Shown: piece by piece, positions 57,378 to 64,000 of the stretch
Layout: each line of letters opens with the position of its first letter
How positions within the stretch are numbered: the stretch's first letter is position 1
Assembly: GCA_045159875.1 (NCBI GenBank)
Contig: CP067995.1
Span: 1,952,001 to 2,016,000 of the forward strand
Origin: a cyanobacterium endosymbiont of Rhopalodia gibba
GTDB lineage: Bacteria; Cyanobacteriota; Cyanobacteriia; Cyanobacteriales; Microcystaceae
Length of the DNA stretch: 64,000 bases
Reading direction: 5' to 3'
The notes under the pieces: generated by a model
Told to the model about the DNA's origin: nothing
The model's input: the letters and a program-made list of their open reading frames with translations, nothing else
Databases searched by the model: none
Program-made: the position numbers and the translations under genes

Positions 57378-58601
57378 CTATTTAAATACAAGGTCAGTTT
57401 CGTCATTGTCTTTTTCATTACTCAAAAGCTCTGACTTATTAGAGAGTTGCTGTTCTTTGTTGATTTCTAGCTGATAGGTAGCTGTATCTTTGATATCAAT
57501 TTTCCACCCAGTTAAACGGGCGGCTAAGCGGACATTTTGACCCTCTTTGCCAATGGCCAAGCTCAATTGGTCTTCGGCGACCAAAACCAGAGCATGGCGC
57601 TCATCAGGATTAATTAAAACCACTTGATCTACTCTGGCCGGACTGAGGGCGTTGGCAATATAGGTAGCAGGATCGGGAGACCAACGAATCACATCAATTT
57701 TTTCTCCTCGCAGTTCGTTAACTACTGCTTGAATTCGAGAGCCTCTAGCTCCAATACAGGCTCCTACAGGATCTACATCTCGCTCTAGGGTATCTACCGC
57801 AATTTTAGTTCTTGGACCGACATAGCGAGAAGGGGGATTAGCTTCACGGGAAACAGCCACGATCCGTACGATTTCTTCTTCTATTTCAGGGACTTCCACA
57901 GTAAATAGGTCGACAACTAAGCCGGCTGCTGAGCGTGAAACGATCAGTTGGGGTCCACGATGGGAGCCTTCTCGAACTTTTTTCAGGATGACTTTGAAAC
58001 TAGAATTGGCGCGATAATTGTCATTGGGTAGCTGTTCTCGTTTGGGTAGGACTGCTTCAACTTCGGGTTGACTAAAAGCACTTTGAACGGCGACGATCGC
58101 GTCTTGGCGTTCAAAGCGTAAGGATCTCGCATTCAAAACGGTTCCTTCAAGATCATTGAATTCTTCTTGAATAAGTCTACGTTGTTGATCTCGTAGTTTT
58201 TGTAAGAGAACTTGTTTGGTTTGAATAGCCGCCATCCGCCCGAAATCCTTTTGATTTGGGGTTACATCTAAAACTACTTCGTCTCCCAATTGAGCTTCTG
58301 AAGCAACTTCTTGGACTTCTTTGAGAGAGATGTGATGGTCGATGTTATCGACTACTTCCACAATTCTTTTGGTAGAGAGGATGCGAAACCCTTCTTCTTC
58401 AATATCTAGTTCTACTTCAAAGTTATTAAAGTATTCATCATGAAATTGCTGACGATCTAAGCTTTGGGAACGACGATAACGTTCATATCCTTTGAGTAAC
58501 GCTTCTCGCAAGGCTTCTTGCACGGCAGATTTTGGCAAATTGTGCTGTTGGCTAATTTCATCAATCATTTTAGCCAGACCGGGTAAGCTAATAAGGGACA
58601 T
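57378..58601 (-). CDS. nusA: Transcription termination factor NusA
   Basis: FGRMAAIQTKQ, RTKIAV, DPVGACIGARGSRI, LAIGKEGQNVRLAARLTGW. Confidence 0.98.
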   Translation of the reverse strand: MSLISLPGLAKMIDEISQQHNLPKSAVQEALREALLKGYERYRRSQSLDRQQFHDEYFNNFEVELDIEEEGFRILSTKRIVEVVDNIDHHISLKEVQEVASEAQLGDEVVLDVTPNQKDFGRMAAIQTKQVLLQKLRDQQRRLIQEEFNDLEGTVLNARSLRFERQDAIVAVQSAFSQPEVEAVLPKREQLPNDNYRANSSFKVILKKVREGSHRGPQLIVSRSAAGLVVDLFTVEVPEIEEEIVRIVAVSREANPPSRYVGPRTKIAVDTLERDVDPVGACIGARGSRIQAVVNELRGEKIDVIRWSPDPATYIANALSPARVDQVVLINPDERHALVLVAEDQLSLAIGKEGQNVRLAARLTGWKIDIKDTATYQLEINKEQQLSNKSELLSNEKDNDETDLVFK

Positions 58602-58639
58602 GGTTATGGACCTCCTTGACTTAAAGATATAGAGTTTGG

Positions 58640-59101
58640 TTAGGGATGGTCATCAAGTGTGATTGTGGAAATCAGGTCCCGAGGAATTGTGATCGCCTGT
58701 CCTTTCTTGTTTAGATGAACGCTCTCCGTATCTCGTTCTTGAAGCCTGCCTCGCCATTCTTTTTTATTTAGGTACGGGGCATAGGTTGTGACAATGACGG
58801 CAAATCCTTTGAAGGAAATAAAATCACGGTCACTATTTAGCTGTCGAGAAACTCCTGGGCTAGAAATTTCTAAAACATAGGAACCTGGAATGACTTGGGA
58901 CTCATCAAGACTAGTTTCTAAGGCTCGACTTACCCCTTCACAATCATTTAAGCTTGTATCTCCTTGTGGGTTACGAATATGTATACGCAACACAGGAAGT
59001 CGTTTTTCAGTCTGAAAAACAACATCAACGACTTCTAGTCCGAGATTGTCGGCGATAGGGGTAGCTATTTCAATAATTTGTGAGATTATAGGGTTATTCA
59101 T
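58640..59101 (-). CDS. rimP: Ribosome maturation factor RimP
   Basis: DCEGVSR, YVLEISSPG; first gene of the rimP-nusA-ylxR-infB operon. Confidence 0.95.
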   Translation of the reverse strand: MNNPIISQIIEIATPIADNLGLEVVDVVFQTEKRLPVLRIHIRNPQGDTSLNDCEGVSRALETSLDESQVIPGSYVLEISSPGVSRQLNSDRDFISFKGFAVIVTTYAPYLNKKEWRGRLQERDTESVHLNKKGQAITIPRDLISTITLDDHP

Positions 59102-59116
59102 TGCGGCTTAGGCACT

Positions 59117-59142
59117 AAAAAAAGCGGGTTCCAGCCCACTTC
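59117..59142 (-). promoter_or_regulatory. rimP-leader attenuator-like hairpin
   Basis: Minus strand GAAGTGGG-CTGGAA-CCCGC followed by T7, 15 nt upstream of the rimP start. Confidence 0.7.
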
Positions 59143-59399
59143 CTTTGAACGTTAATAATTTGGAAGGGTTGTAAAAGATACCATGATTACCTGTCCTGGT
59201 TTACTAGTCTAGCAAACTTTTAGTCCCTTTTTTTTAGTTTGTAATTAGGGACACTTTGGAATATTTGAAAAGTTTATATTTAACTACTAGTAATCTTAGC
59301 TTTTTGGTGTCAGATGCAAGTCTGTTCTGAAATTTATTCAAAATCTTCGCTAGAAAGTTGTCTAAACATAATTAGTTTTAATTTTTTTTAGTAAGTCCT

Positions 59400-60450
59400 C
59401 AAGAAACATTTCTATCTGCTCAATACTTTGTTGGTCTTGTCACTCAATGATCATAGTCTGTATTAATTTATCGACTAATTTCTTAAAAAGCTCATTGAAT
59501 TTAAGATATTAGATTAGTATTTATTTAAGTATTTAAGATAATTTTCAATGAAATTGATAGGATTCTTTTGGTTTAGGTTTTTGATATTTTAGCTAAAATT
59601 ATTTTTTAAAGCTAGAATAAGTTTATATTGTGGTCAAAACTTTTTTGAAGTTATACTCAATTAATGTTTTTATTTTTAGACCAATTTTAAAAATAATTTT
59701 ATTAACTAGTAAATAATTAACTATTTCGATAACTTCTGGTATATTATTAATATAATTAGCATCAATATATGCCTTAGTCTTAGTTCTAAGAAAAATAAAA
59801 ATTATTACTTTTTTAACTGTAAATTAAACTTAATTAATAATGTGAATAACTACTGTCTCAGTAATTTTTTGGGCAATCCAGGTAACAAATCCTTGACTTG
59901 TTTGTTTTTTAATCGTTTTTACATTAATTAAATTAGATCTATCTAGGCGAATAATTAAGGGAATAATCTTCACCCAACGAAATATAGGAATCAACAAGAG
60001 AATATCATACTAACGTCACAACATGGCATCCAACCAATTTATCCTGGTATGACGACAACTAATATACCAACTTTATACTATAAGAAAAATAAGATAAAAA
60101 GAAAAATAAATTCAGCCTATTATTAATAAGTTTTCCATTTTCCTCCGCTGGACAAAAATAGTTATTTTCTAAATAAAAATCTAATTTCATTTTCGAAATA
60201 AATAATTTATTTGTCCATTATTTTGCTACTTTCTTAAGTTTAAAATATTTTTTTAAAAATTTAAATATTTTTATTCTCAGACACATACACTTTTACTCTA
60301 TTTTAATATTTCTAATATTTTTATTTTGTCAGCTTTTATCAGCGATTAAAAATAAATTTTATTCAATAATTTTTATGACTTATTTTCGGAAATAAACCAT
60401 AAAATAATTAACCCTTTAATCGATGATTTAAAAATAATTTAATCTTTAAT
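59400..60450 (-). pseudogene. Degraded conserved cyanobacterial membrane protein
   Basis: Fragment WYISCRHTRINWLDAML..YDILLLIPIFRWVKIIPLIIRLD..QGFVTWIAQKITETVVIHIIN with stops; boundaries approximate. Confidence 0.6.
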
Positions 60451-60541
60451 ATTTTTAGGATTTATTCGCTATATTTAATTTTTATTTTATCTTAATTAAA
60501 TTCAATTTTTTTATCTAATTAAAATACTTTAAACGTTTAGT

Positions 60542-60571
60542 CCACTAAAAAACTATATAGTTTTTTAGTGG
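60542..60571. repeat. 30-bp perfect loop-less palindrome
   Basis: CCACTAAAAAACTAT|ATAGTTTTTTAGTGG. Confidence 0.9.
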
Positions 60572-61064
60572 TTTTTTCAAATTTTTCAATTTTTAAATAT
60601 GATTAAAATCTTCCTTATAACCAAAAATATTACAAAAAAATATAGGTTAAATTAAAAATAGTAAATTCATAATTAATTAAAACTATTAAAACTATAATTT
60701 TTCCATTAAAGTATTCTATACGTAGGTATTTTCTTCGCGAGCTTGAGAATAAATTTGTTAATGCCATGCTGAAAAGTCAGAGGTTAGAATAATTAAAAAA
60801 AAATGATTTAAACTAGTTTAGTTTGTTTTTTTTAAAAAATGCTCATCGATTGAGTCTTTTATTAATTAGGTCACTGAATTGATTTTGTTAGTTTCTAATT
60901 AAGCAATTCCATATGAGTACTAGCATCGTATCTTTTGATTTTAAATAATCTTCAAAAAAGTAGATCAAAAAAAGTTATGAAGATTTTGCCTGGATTAGAG
61001 AGTAAGTCATCTTCAGTTATTTATAATAAGAATGTTATTATGCCTTTTAATTGTTAATATTTTT

Positions 61065-64000
61065 ATGATGGATAAAAATGCTTCTATTCAAAAACAATAT
61101 AAATATAAAATAGGCGGAAGTCTTTCTTATGGTCATCCAACTTATGGAGAACGTGCAGCAGATAAGGACTTATTAGAAGCTTTAAGAGCAGGAAAGTTCT
61201 GTTATATATTTAACTGTCGTCAGATGGGAAAATCTAGTCTTAGAGTTCGTATGATGCATCAACTTCAAGCAGAAGGAATGACTTGTGCTTCGGTAGACAT
61301 CACCAGTTTGGGAAGTGATATCAGTCAGCAACAATGGTATAGTGGAATTATAACTCAATTGTTTTTGGGATTTAATTTAACTGAAAAAGTCAATTTAAAA
61401 ACTTGGCTAAGAGAAAAAAAAGATTTATCGGGAGTTCAAAAATTTATTCTCTTCTTAGAAGAAGTTCTTTTAGTATATTCTCAAGAAAAAAATCAATATA
61501 TTTTCATTGATGAAATTGATAAAATCATTAGTCTTGATTTCTCCCTTGATGATTTTTTTACTTTAATTCGATTTTGTTATAATCAACGAGCAGAAAAGCC
61601 CCAATTCAATAAGATTGTTTTTGCGTTATTTGGAGTAGCTACTCCCTCAGATTTAATTCGGGACAAAACTCAAACACCGTTTAATATTGGGCAACCTATT
61701 GAATTAACAGGATTTACCTTAGAAGAAGTTAACCCATTAGTTCCTGGATTAACTACTATTACAGATTCTCCGAAGAAAGTTTTAAAAGTAGTTTTAGATT
61801 GGACAGGAGGACAACCTTTCTTAACGCAGAAACTCTGTCAATTACTTCTGAAGAAAGCAGGCATTATTCATCCAGAAAGAGAAGATGAAACTATCACTGA
61901 TGTCGTACAAAAATTTATTATAAAAAATTGGGAGTCTCAAGATGAGCCGGTTCACCTAAAGACGATTCGTGATCGTCTCCTCCTTAATGAAAAAAGAACT
62001 GGAAAATTACTAGGATTGTATCAAAAAATTTTAAAAAATGGCTCAATTGAAGCTGATGATAGTCCAGAACAAACGGAACTGCGTTTATCTGGATTAGTGG
62101 TTAAGTGTAATAGTCAGCTTATTGTTTATAACAAAATTTACCGAGGAGTTTTTAACGAGAAATGGGTCAGCAAAGAACTTGAAAAAATTCGTCCTTATTC
62201 AGAAACAATTACTGCTTGGATTAACTCTTCTTATCAAGATAACTCTCGTTTATTGCGTGGAAAAGCTCTAGAAGACGCCTTGAATTGGGCAATAGATAAA
62301 AATCTTGGTAATATTGATTACAAATTTTTAACAGCAAGTCAGAATTTAGATAAACAGGAAGCAGAAATTAACTTAGTAGCTGAAAAAAAAGCTAATGAAA
62401 TTTTAACCCAAGCAAATCTAAAAGCTCAAAAGATGATTCGTTTTGGAATCGCTATTTTAGTCTTTTCTTTAATAGGAGCAATCATTTTCTTTGCCCAAGC
62501 AAGATTAGCAATTAAAAAACAACAAGAAGCCCAAAAGGGAACTCAATTAGAACAAGCTGGGAATAGTGCATGGAGACGATTTAGATTTGAACAAATTGAT
62601 GGGTTATTATCAGCAATGGAAGGGGTTCAGCAATTACAAACTATCGTCAGAGATCAACGAATATTACAAGACTATCCCGCTACTAGTCCCATTTTAGCCC
62701 TAGAACAAATTCTAGATCGAATTCACGAAAAAAATAAATTAACCAGTCATCAAGATGCTGTTAATAGTGTTAGTTTCAGTCCGAATGGACAATTAATAGC
62801 TACCTCATCGAGTGATGGAACCATCCGTTTCTGGGATTGGCAAGGCCGAGAGCAATTGGTCATAACCGATCATCAGGGAAATATATATCGTGTAGCTTTT
62901 AGCCCTGATGGTCAAAGTATCGCTACCGCCTCCCAAGATGACACCGCCAAAGTCTGGACTTTACAAGGAAAGAAATTAGCAACCCTGAAAGGCCATAAGT
63001 CATCAGTCTATAGTGTTAGTTTTAGTCCAAATGGAAAACGCTTAGTAACGACTTCTAGGGATTATACAGCCAGAGTTTGGGATCTCCAAGGACAACAACT
63101 AGCTATTTTAAAAGGTCATCAAAAATCAATTGATCACGGGATATTTAGCCCAGATGGACAACGATTAGCCACTGCGTCACGGGATGGAACTGTTAAAGTA
63201 TGGGATAGTCAAGGGAATCTTCTAAAAACTCTGAAAGACGATGTAAACTCCTTTTATAGCGTCAGTTTTAGCCCAGATGGACAACGATTAGCCGCTTCAG
63301 CCAAGGATGGAACTGTCAGAATTTGGGATAATCAAGGAAAATTAATTTTAACCTTGAAAGGACATCAGGAGTTGGTTAAGAAGGTAACCTATAGCAAAGA
63401 TGGCAAATGGATAGTGACAGGCTCAAGTGATGGTACTGCCAGAGTATGGAATAGTCAAGGGGAAGAAGTAACGGTTTTTCATGGACATCAAAATCCCATT
63501 TATGATGTCGCCATTAGCAATAATAGTCAAAGGTTAGCTACTGCATCAAGTGACGGGACAGTGAAGCTTTGGGACATGACTTCTCCTATGACAAATGGGT
63601 TTAAAACCATTGATAATTATGTCACGGCGGTTAGTTTTTCTTCTAACGGTCAAGTATTAGTGATTGCTGCTGAAAATGGGAACGTTTATCTTTGGAATTT
63701 ACACGGTAAACAGTTAAGACAATTTCAAGCCCATAATAGTGGTATTAATGATGTAAAATTTAGTCAAGATAATCAAAAACTAGTGACGACTGATAACAAT
63801 GGTCGTGTTAAATTATGGGACTTACAAGGCAAATTACTAAGTGCATTATTTGATGATTCAGTCAGGGTTTATAGTGTTGCTTTGAGTCCCGACAGTCAAT
63901 TATTAGCGATAGCGACTCGTTCAGGAGAAGTTTGGCTGTGGAATATTAAAAGTACGTCTCCAAAGTTAATTAATAAATTTGCTGCTCATAATGAAACTAT
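61065..64000 (+). CDS. AAA_35 (STAND-like) ATPase + TM helix + WD40 repeat protein, 3' end beyond window
   Basis: YKIGGSL..PTYGERAAD, RQMGKSS Walker A, IFIDEID Walker B, TPFNIG, WTGGQPFLTQKLC, RLLRG, hydrophobic helix, then GH..WD repeats. Absent from the ORF track, consistent with no stop before 64000. Confidence 0.92.
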   Translation, partial: MMDKNASIQKQYKYKIGGSLSYGHPTYGERAADKDLLEALRAGKFCYIFNCRQMGKSSLRVRMMHQLQAEGMTCASVDITSLGSDISQQQWYSGIITQLFLGFNLTEKVNLKTWLREKKDLSGVQKFILFLEEVLLVYSQEKNQYIFIDEIDKIISLDFSLDDFFTLIRFCYNQRAEKPQFNKIVFALFGVATPSDLIRDKTQTPFNIGQPIELTGFTLEEVNPLVPGLTTITDSPKKVLKVVLDWTGGQPFLTQKLCQLLLKKAGIIHPEREDETITDVVQKFIIKNWESQDEPVHLKTIRDRLLLNEKRTGKLLGLYQKILKNGSIEADDSPEQTELRLSGLVVKCNSQLIVYNKIYRGVFNEKWVSKELEKIRPYSETITAWINSSYQDNSRLLRGKALEDALNWAIDKNLGNIDYKFLTASQNLDKQEAEINLVAEKKANEILTQANLKAQKMIRFGIAILVFSLIGAIIFFAQARLAIKKQQEAQKGTQLEQAGNSAWRRFRFEQIDGLLSAMEGVQQLQTIVRDQRILQDYPATSPILALEQILDRIHEKNKLTSHQDAVNSVSFSPNGQLIATSSSDGTIRFWDWQGREQLVITDHQGNIYRVAFSPDGQSIATASQDDTAKVWTLQGKKLATLKGHKSSVYSVSFSPNGKRLVTTSRDYTARVWDLQGQQLAILKGHQKSIDHGIFSPDGQRLATASRDGTVKVWDSQGNLLKTLKDDVNSFYSVSFSPDGQRLAASAKDGTVRIWDNQGKLILTLKGHQELVKKVTYSKDGKWIVTGSSDGTARVWNSQGEEVTVFHGHQNPIYDVAISNNSQRLATASSDGTVKLWDMTSPMTNGFKTIDNYVTAVSFSSNGQVLVIAAENGNVYLWNLHGKQLRQFQAHNSGINDVKFSQDNQKLVTTDNNGRVKLWDLQGKLLSALFDDSVRVYSVALSPDSQLLAIATRSGEVWLWNIKSTSPKLINKFAAHNET

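Overview
Cyanobacterial DNA, judged by protein sequence to be close to unicellular diazotrophs of the Cyanothece/Rippkaea/Crocosphaera group, and in active reductive evolution. About 53% of the window is intact CDS (sum of the CDS called here). The rest is long, very AT-rich spacer in which at least ten pseudogenes can still be read: IS630 transposase, B12-radical SAM, flavodiiron protein, sugar C-methyltransferase, GT4, an hlyB/hlyD deletion scar, MazG-like, acyl-CoA dehydrogenase, a conserved membrane protein, and a decayed tRNA-Gly. This pattern best fits a host-restricted endosymbiont such as the N2-fixing spheroid body (diazoplast) of rhopalodiacean diatoms; that is an inference, and no nif gene lies in the window. 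Intact genes include murE, desA, a Crp-family regulator, M61 peptidase, ilvE, an atypical His kinase, a ferritin-like protein, PmbA, ald, an AI-2E transporter, leuS, rpmI-rplT, a four-carbon acid sugar kinase, STAS, an NAD-dependent epimerase, sucC-sucD, hhoA, a TonB-like protein, an S2P protease, argF, rimP-nusA-ylxR-infB, two tRNA-Ala genes and a large AAA_35/WD40 gene that runs off the end. Most notable: a retained SucCD lacking its catalytic motifs, unrelated loop-less perfect palindromes (30-52 bp) inside decayed DNA, a fossil tRNA-Gly, a precise hlyB-hlyD deletion junction, and repeat expansions in TonB. All family assignments come from motif recognition by eye; no searches were run.
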